Source of the DNA: Nemertoderma westbladi
Lineage: Eukaryota > Animalia > Xenacoelomorpha
Assembly (NCBI GenBank): GCA_032718475.1
Contig: JAUCBJ010001966.1
Location: 1 to 64,000 of the forward strand
Length of the DNA stretch: 64,000 nucleotides
Direction: 5' to 3'
Shown: piece after piece, positions 1-12,159 of the stretch
Layout: every line of letters starts with the position of its first letter
How positions within the stretch are numbered: position 1 is the stretch's first letter
Made by a program: the position numbers and the translations under genes
The notes under the pieces: generated by a model
What the model was told of the DNA's origin: nothing
The model's database searches: none
What the model saw: the letters and a program-made list of their open reading frames with translations, nothing else

Positions 1-1316
1 ATTGTAATATGTATACTATGTCTATTATGAAGATTATTATTTTATTTTTAATGATAAATATAATGTTGACAAGTTAATTTAGTAACATTAAGTTACTGTA
101 TTAGTAATATTACAGTGGTTAACAGAACAGTTATGGTAATTAATAGTTAAATAAATATTTTTTTATCATAGACTACTAAGCAAGCCTATGCTGTTAAATT
201 TCAACATAGAGAATCGTTTTAGACCTGTATTTCGGCTGTAAAAATGATAAGAAATAACAGCAATCATAAATTTGCATTATGCATGCTTGCATGGCCTTTA
301 GTAGATATTATTATGGGATAAATGCACAACACAGTCATGAATGTGCATTGTTGTTACTGGTAGACCTAGAGCAGTCAGTAGATCTGGAGCACAACTAACA
401 CTGAGAGAGAATACCTGTATAGAGCGGGCTGTCAGATAGCCGCTGTGTAGTGCACCTCTTATACATCCAAATGCTGCGACTGTATGATATTTGGGTAAGT
501 CAAGGCCCATTGCACCAAAATAGGGTATTGGTATGGGTATGAGCAAAAGAAACAAAATTATCAAATTAACATTATTTACTATAATATTTACAAAATAACT
601 CACAAACAAAAAGCCAAATTCGCTCAATATAAAAAATTCACCTTATGAAATTCATATAATCGTCAAGTTGTGTACTACTGTATAAATGCCAAGTGACAAA
701 AACTATAAACCATAATATTAGAACTAAGGCAATAATACCTAATAATTAATATTATAATAATTAATTAATAACTAATGATTAAATAGGAAATAAATCTTGC
801 TATTTAAGAAAACTGTAAGTCCTATGCAAAAATTATGAAAGTCAAGTGAAGAATCACCTAGTTATGTAGTTAGTTTGTTTATTGACACCATATAGTAAGA
901 AATATAAATAGCGGATGAGAACTCAGTACGTACTCAACGCAGAACAATCACAAATACATGAATCACACTCCGTCGCCAAATAATAAATAACAAGATATCC
1001 TTTAATACCAAATATTTCTAAAAAAACTGAGTTCAAGCAATAATGAATGATGATGAAACAATAATTTAAGGCCCAATTTTTATTGAGAATTAGCCAAATT
1101 TAATGCCGCATCTTTTGCAAAAAACGAGGTTGCAATTGGATTTCTACTTTTCAGTGTGGGTGCCACCTCAAAATTTGGTCTCCAGCACCAAATTTTTTTA
1201 AATTTTCGAATTTTACAAAGTCATTCGTGATTTAGTAATTATTTATGTTTGGGCTATTTTTATTTATTTTTATTGGTTTGGATCACCCTAATGCTCTATA
1301 CAAGTATGTAAGTGTA

Positions 1317-1628
1317 GTGGTACGTCATTTTTGGAGCACCAAAATTAGGGCGTGGCACTTTAAAATTTCAAAATTACTTTATTCGGAAAATTCACTAAAG
1401 TTTTGATTTCGAAGCATTTTTATTGGTTTTCTGGAGCGCTGAATCGATTGAAAGTAATATAGAAGCCTGAAGACTTAGTGGTTCGCCATTTTTGGTGCAC
1501 CAAAATTTTTCATTTAATTTTTCAAAATTTGAAGTGCCACGCCCTAATTTTGGTACATCAAAAATGGCTAACCTCTAAGTCTTCATGCTTCTATATTACT
1601 TTCAATCGATTCAGCGGTCTAGAAAACC
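1317..1628. repeat. Imperfect inverted-repeat cluster, probable non-autonomous DNA transposon remnant
   Basis: CACCAAAATTAGGGCGTGGCACTT (~1337-1360) is mirrored by AAGTGCCACGCCCTAATTTTGG (~1532-1553). 1424-1505 is approximately the reverse complement of 1545-1628. Confidence 0.5.
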
Positions 1629-1998
1629 TATATAAATGCGTAACACAGGGTGATATAAATTTCGAGGTGTTTTAATCTTACACTTTACCAGACTGACAAA
1701 AATTGTCAAATTACAGCAAAATTTCAACTACTTTTTTACACCGATTTATCACAAATAATTATCATTTTCACCAAATTTTTCGCTTAAAAATGGATGGATT
1801 CCAATTTCCTGAAAATTGTTCATATGTTCTGACTCTACTGTATATGAGCACAATATGGTTGGAAGTTCATACATATATAATGTAGTATATGTTGCACCAA
1901 TCCAAATGGTAGGCCTATGTCCGATATATTTATTGCCTTGCTATAAGTAAGATTATGTAAAAAAATTGATTTATTAACGAAATCAAAACTAATAGAAA

Positions 1999-2968
1999 AT
2001 GTCTATGGCTACTAATATATGTGAAAACATCAATAAACCAACTAGTATGGATACTACACAGTTTGTAACATTTGAACAGATGGGATTGAGAGCACCGAAG
2101 TCAGCTTGCATGCATCTACTGTTAGAGAATGCCCATGAGTCTAATCTTTTGACTGATATATCAAAAGTAGATTACCTAGGAGGCAATGGAGGTTGTATGT
2201 TGCTTCAAGATGTGCCTGAATTGGAAATGTTTGTTGACGATCTTTATGTGTATGGGTATCTTCGAGAAGATCAAGTTGTGAGAACCAAAAGTTCTGTCAT
2301 GTTGACAACTGGAAGATTTGGGTCTGCCTCTTATATTGTGGAGAAGTTGAGGAGGGAGGCAACACAAACAATCGGGAAGAACTGTGATGACTTTATACAC
2401 ACAAAAATATTAGCCTCTGTACCATTACAATCGCATGGAGTGATAATGCGAACAGTGCATAAAATTGAAAGAGAGATGAATGAGAAATATATCAAAAACT
2501 GGAAAAACCTGGAACAAAAAGAACCTGTTGCTGTCTTTGTTGCAAAGTTGGATGTATCTGTAATCAACCTAGATGATCTGCTGGAGCACTTGGCTGAATT
2601 TGGCAGAATACTGCAGTCATGTGGATGGGGAATATACTCTGTTGACTACACAAAGGACTGTGCTGGAACCCTCGATAGGAAGGCAATAGTCAAACATCTA
2701 GTGGAAACAAAAGGTTGGAGGTTGGAAGGTACATTTCAAGCAGCATTGGAGGGTGATCAGCCCACAATTTTGGAAAACACTTCGTCTGTGGGAAATCATG
2801 TTTTGACCTACATCACATCATGGGATGGAAATACAATGAGAGTGAAGCTATACAACAAAATTGTCTGCCAGTTTGAAGCAGGGGAAGTATTAGAGAACTT
2901 TGGTGGTCATTTGGCAGACTATGCTGATTGCAGAAACCCTGTCCCATTGATCCAGCAATATGGATGTA
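1999..2968 (+). pseudogene. 5' part of an interrupted gene for a putative Rep_trans-like rolling-circle initiator
   Basis: Open ORF from ATG 1999 with motifs SVDYTKD (2638-2658) and RVKLYNK (2839-2859). The frame continues into 22146 (..YGC-TRVEISLYS..) once the TA-flanked insert is removed. Confidence 0.6.
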
Positions 2969-3047
2969 CAGTCCCGCTCTCAAAAAGCATTCCTTTGATC
3001 AAACATTGATCAAACTTTGATCAAACATTGATCAAAGTTTGATCAAA
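2969..3047 (+). repeat. Left TIR with five TTGATCAA palindromic subrepeats
   Basis: CAGTCCCGCTCTCAAAAAGCATTCC followed by repeated TTGATCAAA. Confidence 0.93.
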
Positions 3048-4583
3048 TATTGAAATGAACCAGGCTTATAAATCCTACCATTGAGTTCTACCAAAGGCGC
3101 TGCACTTCAAAGTCTAGATTCCCACTGAGCCGTGTGTCAATCAAGCAGCCCTCCCTCTCTCTCTCTCTCTCGCTCTCCCTGTGTGTGTAAAGCTCCATGT
3201 GCTCTGTAGGATGTCTGCAGAGCCACACAGGACACCACGTCCATATCATACCATAGGTTTGTACGCTATAGCCGTTATTTAATCCGCACCGCCTAGGTTA
3301 TAATAATTTACAGCGATTATCAGAAAATAACAGCCGCAATTGAATCTCCACTTGGCGGTGTGGTGGTAATGAAAGCAAGGGCGGGTAGGGGCTGTGTGGA
3401 GTTTAATTCTGAGTTACGGCAAGTGTGTGTGCGTTGGGTGGATGGCTACAATACATTATAATGGGGGGGGGGGGGGATACATGGGAGGATACAATAATTG
3501 TATCCTGGCTGGCCAATGGCTAGATCCTGGGGGGGGGGGGGGGGGGGGGGGGGTAATATGAGAATATCCCTTGGTATTATTATATCAGTTGAGATTGTGG
3601 CCTTCTGGCTGGCCACAAGTGGGAAATACGTTGCTTTCTTGTAAGGGGAAATAATTGATTCGAGTCACAACAAATTATGTCATAGGGAGTACAGGAGTCA
3701 GCGGTCTCCGTGCTATTTGCTGTATATTATTAGCTTGGGGTGCCGACAGCGACAGACCACTAACAAAGTAAAGGCATAGCATGTGTAATGGCTCTTAGCT
3801 TATGCCGCCCCAGCATGTAAAACCATTTATCTGCTGTGGAATGGAATTCCCCGAAATTTCGAAATTTACTAAAGGCTTCCCAAGAAATTAGACAGCCAAC
3901 TAACCCATACACAGGAGGCGGCCGCGAACCAAAGAGATTGGCCTCCTGGCACTGAGCTGGCCTGGTCGCAAAGGAACTATGCAGGTAGTAATGTGTACTA
4001 AACTAATTTATTACACTTAACTTTCTTACTAAAATTTCAACATGGAGGACTTTTCTGTTTGCCCAAAAACAATTAAACAGACGTTGTATTTGTCTCGATA
4101 TTAATTAAAATTTCTACCTTATCTCGCAAATAGTGGCGCCAGTTGGTCGCAAATAAAAAAGTTCTCCAGCGCAAATCGATGAAATCTACTTTGGTTTGTT
4201 GTTTTGGTTAGAAAACACAACCCCTTTAACCTGCTCCTTTCGATGTATTACATTAATTTTTTTGAAACAAATTGTAGCTGTACCAGTAATGGGCCTGTTC
4301 TCAGATACACTTGCGGTGACAGCACGGTGAAATCGCATACTGTGAATCACAGCATTTGGGTTGTTGTTACAGAGATGCGAGTAAAGCAGTTACAGTCAAC
4401 TGTATGTTCGGTTGGGTGATGACTTAGCCCGCGGGAATTCTTAGCCCGCAAAATGGGAATCGTTTACCCGCAAGCTTTCTTAGCCAGTGGGCAGGGCATC
4501 CTTAGCCCGAAAATAAAGTGTATTAGCCCGCGGGAATTGATACTGGACGATTAAATTGACAGACTGGCTTTCTAGTGAATAAT

Positions 4584-5784
4584 TGTAAAAGCTTCTGTGG
4601 GATATAACTGGCCCTTTTGCTTTGCAATCCAGTTTCCCCCCAGGCGCTGGAATACTCTAAAAGGCTCACTAACTCGAATGATACAAGCGACCGGCTGATT
4701 GGCTGATTTGCTGTACGAGGGGCTCTTTGCTATGTTCTATCGGCCAACCAGAGCTATAGCAGCAGAGTATGAAACCAGGACAACCGAGCGGAGTGACTCA
4801 TTTTGTGTGCTGGCCAAGGGATGCCAAAATCCTGATAGTTCGGCATTTAGACATTCGTGGAACCTGTGGATTCTGGTGTTCTGCCAATGAGAGCTATTCC
4901 TCTCTGTGTAAAAGATACCTGCAACAGGGACAGAGGACAGTGTGTGTTGTTATTCCTCCTACGCCAGAACATCGGCTTTTGGAATGACTTGTTTCAGACT
5001 TTTAGTAAAACATTAGTAGGCTTAGATTATAGAACGTATAACTGTTATCGACCCAATCAGCATACAGTCTAATCATATTATATCTTAACCTACCGTCTTA
5101 ATGCTACGTACTGTTGTGTTTATCAGTTGGTTGAATATTATTATTTGGAAAACATCTATAAAGAACCCAAATTTCCCAATTTTCTTGATACACTACAGGT
5201 TAGAGAGACAGGCTATATATATAACAATTGCGACTTATGTTATCGTGGTTTGTAGTGAACCTAATGCTATTTGATAGACACTACATAGGTCAATTGCTGT
5301 TCTCTTTATGTGTGATCAAATTCATTGACGGTCGGCAGATTAGTGTGCAGTATTGTGCGGTACCGGTAGTGTGCATGATTGTGACCGATAACAAAGCATT
5401 TCCTAAAGAATGCGCCTTATACGTGAATTATAAGCCTTACCGTTGCGCGTAGTATAAGTCATAACTCTGTTTACTTAGGTAGAGCGCCACGTCCTAAAGG
5501 AACTGTTAATATTTCCCGAAAGTGAATAATATTTGTCAGAAATTATTTATTAACGATCAATCGAATAATACAGTAGGCTTCACTGCAATAACAAAAACTA
5601 AGCCCCATCCGAACCCAGTCTCCCGGGAATATCCAGCGGGTGAATGGACGCGCACTAGGCTGGCTTCGGCTAATGTTGTGTTTATTGGCATTAAATGTTT
5701 GTCATCTTCTAAAGTCTGAACATAAACCAAAGACATATAAATTTTGGCAGGTTAAACTGCTAAAGGTCTTCAAAAGCGCGTACA
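4584..5784 (+). repeat. BEL element 5' LTR
   Basis: TGTAAAAGC...GCGCGTACA, near-identical to 19576-20776. Confidence 0.95.
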
Positions 5785-5800
5785 ATAACAGTTATACGTT
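5785..5800 (+). promoter_or_regulatory. Non-tRNA primer-binding site candidate, complementary to LTR 5033-5048 and 20025-20040
   Basis: ATAACAGTTATACGTT is the exact reverse complement of AACGTATAACTGTTAT. No TGG start. Confidence 0.7.
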
Positions 5801-5849
5801 TCTTTATTGCAGTAAGCAATAAAGTTGAAAGTACCGGTCGACCGGTAAA

Positions 5850-5978
5850 CCTGAACCGGTACTGCTGTAGGTCTGTAGGCCCAACTGCCTGAACCGGTAC
5901 TGCTGTAGGTCCGTAGGCCCAACTGCCAGAACCGGTACTACTGTAGGTCAGTAGGCCCAACTGTCCTAACCGGTACTT
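5850..5978 (+). repeat. ~38-bp tandem repeat in the BEL 5' UTR (3-4 copies)
   Basis: GAACCGGTACTGCTGTAGGTCYGTAGGCCCAACTGCCT units. Confidence 0.85.
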
Positions 5979-6159
5979 CCAGTGCAAGTACATTAGTATT
6001 ATTCGATTTAATTATTGTATACCGGTAGGTCTTAGTACTTAATCAGGGAACGGCCGCCCTGGTTTTTTATTGAGATTTTACTTATTTCTGTCGGTTTTAT
6101 TTACATGTAAGTTAATATTGAGCTGAAGACGTGTAAGTCTGCTCAGATTATTCAGATAA

Positions 6160-6730
6160 TTGTAGGCTGAGCTGCTGTCTGACTGTTGTTGGGTCTGGAG
6201 AGATTGCGGCGTGTGTAGAGTTTGTCCAATAAAGTGCCAGTTAGTAAGTTGGGACAACTTGAGTGTAAGGTCAACCCCCTCCTAAAGAATAAGTCGTACT
6301 ACCGTGTTAGAACGCATACTAACTAACCATTTTGGAATCTGCATATACTGTAGTTTATTTAGGTTTGATCGTAGTCTGCCAGCGTTTTAGCCTGTGTTTG
6401 TTTGTGTGGTCTGTTCAGGTACCGTAATAGTTATTACTCAGGTATTTTGTAGGCTGGATTGTTGTCTGGCTGTTATTAGGTCTGAAGAGATTGCTGCGTG
6501 TGTAGAGTTTGTCCGATAAAGTGCCAGTTAGTAAGTTGGGGCAGCCATAGCTGTAAGGTCAATCCCCTCTTAAAGAATAAGTCGTACTACCGTGTTAGAA
6601 CGCATACTAACTAACCATTTTGGAATCTGCACATACGGTAGTTTATTTAGGCTTGGTGGTAGTCTGCCAGCGTTTGGTTTGTATTTTGTTTGAGTATTCT
6701 GTACGGGTAGCGTAATATTTATTATTCAGA
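6160..6730 (+). repeat. ~290-bp tandem duplication in the BEL 5' UTR
   Basis: GTGTGTAGAGTTTGTCC..AAAGAATAAGTCGTACTACCGTGTTAGAACGCATAC.. occurs at ~6211 and ~6498. Confidence 0.85.
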
Positions 6731-8048
6731 GTTTATGCGATTATTCGCAACATTCATGTCCCTAAGTTTATTCCTACAGTAATTGTGCTTGTTATATATA
6801 CCGTTATAGTTAAATTAACCCCAGTACTACACGGGCTGCTTGGCGTAGGTAAAGACTGGTGATTTTGTGCACCGGTCACTCCAGCAGATGCCGTGGTTCT
6901 TTTAGCTGTTCAAGTATTTTTAACTACTGATTATTTGTTGTACAAGTACTTGTACCTAATTTAGGGTTTAGTGTACAGTGCTTTCCGAAAGTAATTAGTG
7001 TGTAGGCAGTATATTTGTGTTGTAAAGTGGTTAATAGGCACGTTGGTTCTGGTAGACCGCGGTAATTAACTTCTAGGTAGGGACACTCCGTGATACATAA
7101 CGTAGTACCTATAGCGATACGGCTATAGGTCGTCAGGCGGTGGTATTTTCCTATCTGGACAACGCAGTGTATTTGCTGCTACTTATTATTTTCAAATACC
7201 GTAGTATCCTGTCCGTCTGTAATAACCAGAAGTTCTAACCCTTTGTTAGACTGGTTTGTAGTTTCCCTGTAAAATTAACCCTAAAAATTCCTACGTATAA
7301 ATTTCTGTTGTTGTGTTTTAATTAGAGAATTAATCTCACCCGTATCGTAAGTAATTTGTAGATAAGTAACTTAGGAAGTAGAATTATCTGTTTTAGTGTC
7401 TAATAAGTAGCACTTCACTGAGAGCGCACAGCTTTTGTGTAGTGATTACTTCCCAGAAATAATAACATCTATTTCAATATTGTAACAAAACCCCTCATAC
7501 GGGTACATATAAATCCACTAAATCTATTAATAAAATAGTAGGCCTGTCATACAATCCTTAGGTCTTAATATCAGTTGGACTACTGCTTGAATAACGGTAA
7601 TAGAGTAAGTAAAGTAACCAGGTAACCCCTAACATTCAGAAATCAATTATTTTAAAATAATTGACATACCGGTATTTACAATAGGCTTATTATATTTATT
7701 CTATAAATTTAGGCTGAAATCATACCGGTATTCTATAATTAATTCTAGTCTGTAATAATTATACTTATATATACTATAAGTGTCAGCTGTATACCGGTAT
7801 TCACGATAGGCCTATTATATTTATATATTTGTGCTAAAATTATATACCGGTGCTCTGTGACAAATCTAGTCTGTAATAATACTTATATATATACTATAAG
7901 CATACCGGTATTCTAATATATTATATATATATCACGCTACACTGAGCAGCAGTATCGGTAATTAATTATTAGGCTAACAGTGATACTGAATTACTAGACT
8001 TACTTTAGCTGTATTTATAGCCGTAGGCATTCAACTGTGTAAACAAAC

Positions 8049-11000
8049 ATGTCTGACACAAAACGGGCACTGTCAGATAGTCTTTTGGAAGGTGTTAGAA
8101 TGAGTCTTAGACTTGGACAGGGTCTTGAAAGGAAGATGGCAGAGGCAATGGCAACAGCAGAAGCGGAAAGAAAGGCGGCAGAGGCAATGGCAACAGCAGA
8201 AGCGGAAAGAAAGGCGGCAGAGACAATGGCAACAGCAGAAGCGGAAAGAAAGGCGGCAGAGGCAATGGCAACAGTAGAAGCGGAAAGAAAGATAGAGACA
8301 CCTGTACTCCCAGAACCTGCCTATAAATTCCCTTTGAACAGTACTAAACTACCTGTTCCCAGTAGGACTGTTCCCGAGTCCGAACCCGTCCTGGACGCCG
8401 AGCGAGATATCAAGAATTTATCGCCCATCGTCTCTCGCTCGCCCGCTACTACATTGGCGACTCCCGCTTCGGCGGTTGAGTGGGTAGCTGAGGGACGACG
8501 GGAGATGGGTCTCCTGCTCGAGCAGCTGAGGGAACACTGTTTGTGCTCCTCTCAGCAGGTCCGGGAAATGGAAGAGACTGTTCAGCAGCTCAAGGGAACA
8601 GTAAGGGAAAGTAGGTTAGAGTTGCAAAAGGTGCAGCAAAGTATCGCGTTAGAATGCGATAAATTAGTGAACATACAAAGGGGTATAACACCACCTCCTG
8701 TAACAATGTGTCAACCTGTTAGGTCTGAAGTATTTCATGCGCAAGGTGTGGAACCTACACGCATTTATACTGCTAGTGAAGTAGAAACTCCTATAGTAAA
8801 CCCTATTCAGGGTGATTATAAACCTGTTGATAATAATATTCCATATAGACCTGATCATAATCCGAGAAATTTATATACCGATAATTCTATATTCAATAAT
8901 ACGATGGCTCAAGAAAGTTTTACGCGTCAAATGGCTAGAACCGAAGCCCGTCAAGCGGTAAAGGTTGGAGAGATCGTCAAGTTCAATGGAGATGAGATGA
9001 AATGGTTACCTTTTAATGAATATTACAAAGATAACATACAGAATTCTGTGCTATCTAACGGAGAGAAACTCAGATACCTCATCGAATGCTTGGAAGGACC
9101 TCCCAAGTTAATGGCGTTAAAATTTATTGGACATCCAGATGGATTAAGACAAGTTTGGGATACATTAAACATCAGGTATGGTAATAGGACTAACATAGCA
9201 AGGTATTTATATGCGAAATTAATGGCGCCCCGAAAGTTTCTTAGCAGCGGGATTATAGAATTTTCCGATGAGATTCAGGAGATCTGTAGACAGCTAGATT
9301 GGTTAGGTAAGTCTCATGAATACCAGAACTCTATGGTTGTAGGAGCCTTAGCATCTACTTTACCAAAGGGTGGAGTAGGTACACGCTGGGACAAGAAAGT
9401 GTTATATATGATGGAACAACAACAACGAGACCCTACCATGGCTGATCTCATGTCCTTCTTAGATAGTGAAGTAAAATTACAACTCATAAAGCAGTCCAGA
9501 GAGAAAACATCGGAAAATAAGGTAAGTGAGAAACCCGTTTCTAGGAGAAGGGTAACACCAGTGTGTTATACTGACGACGGCGAAAGCCAAGTCTCTCAGG
9601 AAGAGGACAGCGGGAAAGACACAGCAAAATCTTACTATGATAACAAGACCTATAAAGACGTAAGTAAATATAAGTCTCGAACCAGGGACAGGAGAGAACA
9701 GGTAACAACAACTCCTCCTACGTCTCCTAAGAGAATTCACGGAAGAAAGCCCGAAGAAAGAACGAGAGTGCATAACGTTGCCCAAGGTAAAGTGAGTAAC
9801 ATCAAACCAAAATGTGCGCTGTGCGACGGGCCCCACCGTTTGAGTGTGTGTGCAGAATTCCTAAAGAAATCCCTGGTAGACAGACGTGAAGTCATGTGGG
9901 ATAAGCGGTTATGCTATAATTGCCTCAGACCAGGACACCAACGGCGAACCTGTTACTCCGAAGTAAAGTGTGCAAAGTGCGGTGCGAAACATCACATCTT
10001 GTTACGCAGTGAATTCGAACGAAACAACCCGAGTCAGGTAAGTGAGCCCGAACTACATGTCCAATTCAGTGATGTAAATGACACTGATCAAGAGTCTGAG
10101 ATGGAAGGATTCTATACGGACGAATTCTCCGACGCCAACGAATCCTGTTACCTAATAAATACCGCAGTGTATCGAGCACTTACGTATGAAAAGGACACCG
10201 ACAATGAGTTCCCCCCAACTACTTTTGACAGACAACCATCTTGGAAAGCTCCAACTTCCAACGTAGGAATCAGAGAATTTCCTGTAGTGCAGGTAAGAGT
10301 TCACGGTCCTAACACAAGTTACATAGTGAACGCCCTCCTTGACTCCGGCAGCACAGGAACATTCATCGATCAAGAACTAGCCGAAGATATCTTTGCTGGA
10401 CAACCCAGATTCCAAACTAAGTTGAATATGTCCGGAATTATGCAGGTTTGGAAATCTACCATAACGGCAGATTACTATGTAGGTGAGTTGTCCACCCCCC
10501 AGGATAAATTAGGAGCACAAAGTATAAGGTCAGTAAAAATGGCGGTTATAAAGAACTTCGCTACTACCCAAGTAGAACCTTATAACTGGGACGAGGACGA
10601 GAGCATCCAACAGCTTAAGATACCTCGATTCCAGACAGATTATCCTGGAGTGCAAATACTCATCGGCCAAAACGCGCATGAGGCGCTAGAGACATTGGAG
10701 AAACGGCCTGCTCAACCACAGCCACTACAAACCTATGCGGTAAGAACTAGAGTAGGTTGGTACTTCACTGGCCCTTCCCGTAGAACTCTCAAAGAGAGAT
10801 TACCTCAACAACAGGTATACCGAGTAAAGGAATGGGAAATGGAGAGCAGTGAGGTGGACAACCCAACTGAGGGAACACCATACTCCTCAGATAATGACGA
10901 TATTAACTCCAATGTAGATCAATGGAGACATTGCCTTGGGATGATTAATCCAGCCAACATTGCTTCCAGAGGAGCAACTCATCAAGAACTGATAGATACT

Positions 11001-11246
11001 CCAGGCTGGTTAGGTGGATCCCACTTCTTAAGTAAAGAAGAAGAAGAATGGCCTCCTCATCTTACCCCAGCGGAGATTAGACAGGCCAAGGGAGCGGAGA
11101 AAATAATACAACAACTCAATCGCCCGGCTGGTCGTTTATGTTTACTGGAAATAGACCGAAAACTGTCCGGAAACTATGGAAGGCAAGATACTCTTCCTAC
11201 GACCACTTCCCTAATCCGACAAATATCTAGGGACTCCATAACGTAA
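8049..11246 (+). CDS. gag: BEL/Pao Gag-protease polyprotein with in-frame pol relics (RT and integrase core absent)
   Basis: DUF1759-like capsid region (KFNGDEMKW..LSNGEKLRYL). Three Zn knuckles (CALCDGPH..C, CYNCLRPGH..C, CAKCGAKHH). Protease ALLDSGS, TRVGW. Then QWRH..NPANIASRG..WP (end of RNase H) and RPAGRLCLLE (integrase tail). N-terminal 39-bp repeat AEAMATAEAERK x4. Confidence 0.9.
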   Translation: MSDTKRALSDSLLEGVRMSLRLGQGLERKMAEAMATAEAERKAAEAMATAEAERKAAETMATAEAERKAAEAMATVEAERKIETPVLPEPAYKFPLNSTKLPVPSRTVPESEPVLDAERDIKNLSPIVSRSPATTLATPASAVEWVAEGRREMGLLLEQLREHCLCSSQQVREMEETVQQLKGTVRESRLELQKVQQSIALECDKLVNIQRGITPPPVTMCQPVRSEVFHAQGVEPTRIYTASEVETPIVNPIQGDYKPVDNNIPYRPDHNPRNLYTDNSIFNNTMAQESFTRQMARTEARQAVKVGEIVKFNGDEMKWLPFNEYYKDNIQNSVLSNGEKLRYLIECLEGPPKLMALKFIGHPDGLRQVWDTLNIRYGNRTNIARYLYAKLMAPRKFLSSGIIEFSDEIQEICRQLDWLGKSHEYQNSMVVGALASTLPKGGVGTRWDKKVLYMMEQQQRDPTMADLMSFLDSEVKLQLIKQSREKTSENKVSEKPVSRRRVTPVCYTDDGESQVSQEEDSGKDTAKSYYDNKTYKDVSKYKSRTRDRREQVTTTPPTSPKRIHGRKPEERTRVHNVAQGKVSNIKPKCALCDGPHRLSVCAEFLKKSLVDRREVMWDKRLCYNCLRPGHQRRTCYSEVKCAKCGAKHHILLRSEFERNNPSQVSEPELHVQFSDVNDTDQESEMEGFYTDEFSDANESCYLINTAVYRALTYEKDTDNEFPPTTFDRQPSWKAPTSNVGIREFPVVQVRVHGPNTSYIVNALLDSGSTGTFIDQELAEDIFAGQPRFQTKLNMSGIMQVWKSTITADYYVGELSTPQDKLGAQSIRSVKMAVIKNFATTQVEPYNWDEDESIQQLKIPRFQTDYPGVQILIGQNAHEALETLEKRPAQPQPLQTYAVRTRVGWYFTGPSRRTLKERLPQQQVYRVKEWEMESSEVDNPTEGTPYSSDNDDINSNVDQWRHCLGMINPANIASRGATHQELIDTPGWLGGSHFLSKEEEEWPPHLTPAEIRQAKGAEKIIQQLNRPAGRLCLLEIDRKLSGNYGRQDTLPTTTSLIRQISRDSIT

Positions 11247-11876
11247 TAACATATGGAGTGGGCATGTGACTATATCATTTTATATTTGTTTTTATTTTAT
11301 ATTTATGTATGTATTATGTAATTTTATTATAATCGTTTTCTTTAATTTTATTTAGTAGATTAGTGCAATATATTAGTGTTTATTACTTACGTAATTACTT
11401 ATAATATATATTTAGTGCAACGGCGAGAAATAATTAATTTTTCTCTTTCCTTACTGTCCGTATCATATTATAAATACGTGACTACAGTAAGATGAAATGT
11501 CCGTACTTATTAAAGTACAATAAAGCCACTACTATATTCAAGTATTATTGGTAGGCAGAGTATTAGGAATGCAAAGTTCAGATCCTCGTGTCTCGGCTAA
11601 ACCAAGCTCTGGGTAGACCTTGGAAACGACTTGCCTCTTCACACTGACATTGCTTCGTGCGATATTGCTCTTCTACCTTATATTAAATAATACATATAGT
11701 AGCGTGATGTCCCTATAACAGTAGCGTAAAACGCAAATAAATCTGTTAAACCTTTTGACCATCTGTAATTCTAGTCGATTAAGATATCGCGGCACCCACC
11801 GATATACTTGAAAGACAAATTCTAGAATCAGTGGTTAACGTCCCCAGACAAGTTCTGGAATAAATCGGTGCCCATC

Positions 11877-12130
11877 TGTGGTGATAATATATGGCTCGCC
11901 CCACGGATACCCTGGGACGAGGGGGGGGGGGGGAGACCTACCGGTGTTGGACAGTCAGTATGTCGGTGTTAGTCAGAGCACTGCAGTACATATTCTTTTA
12001 TCTAGGCTACTTGTTACATGCCGTGACCGGTCCCCGGAGGACCCTATTATACATATCTATCTGACAGTATCTGCTATAGATAAAGGTTTTATTCATCTGC
12101 TGCCTCGCAGCAATAGTAGATACGCCCACA
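11877..12130 (+). repeat. Gypsy 5' LTR
   Basis: TGTGGTGAT...CGCCCACA. Confidence 0.96.
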
Positions 12131-12148
12131 TGGCGCAGTGTGTAGGAT
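12131..12148 (+). promoter_or_regulatory. Gypsy PBS, probably tRNA-Ser
   Basis: TGGCGCAGTGTGTAGGAT immediately after the LTR; resembles the complement of tRNA-Ser 3' ends. Confidence 0.75.
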
Positions 12149-12159
12149 AATTTGGGCCC

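Noticed and set aside
298-627. 109-aa minus-strand ORF
   Set aside because: No motif or convincing splice context.
5785-5790. Extending the BEL LTR to ..ATAACA
   Set aside because: The shared ATAA is explained by the ATAAT TSD; the longer boundary loses both the 3' CA and the TSD.
4699-5822. Short ORFs in the LTR (repeated at 19691-20711)
   Set aside because: Duplicated only because they lie in LTRs; no coding features.
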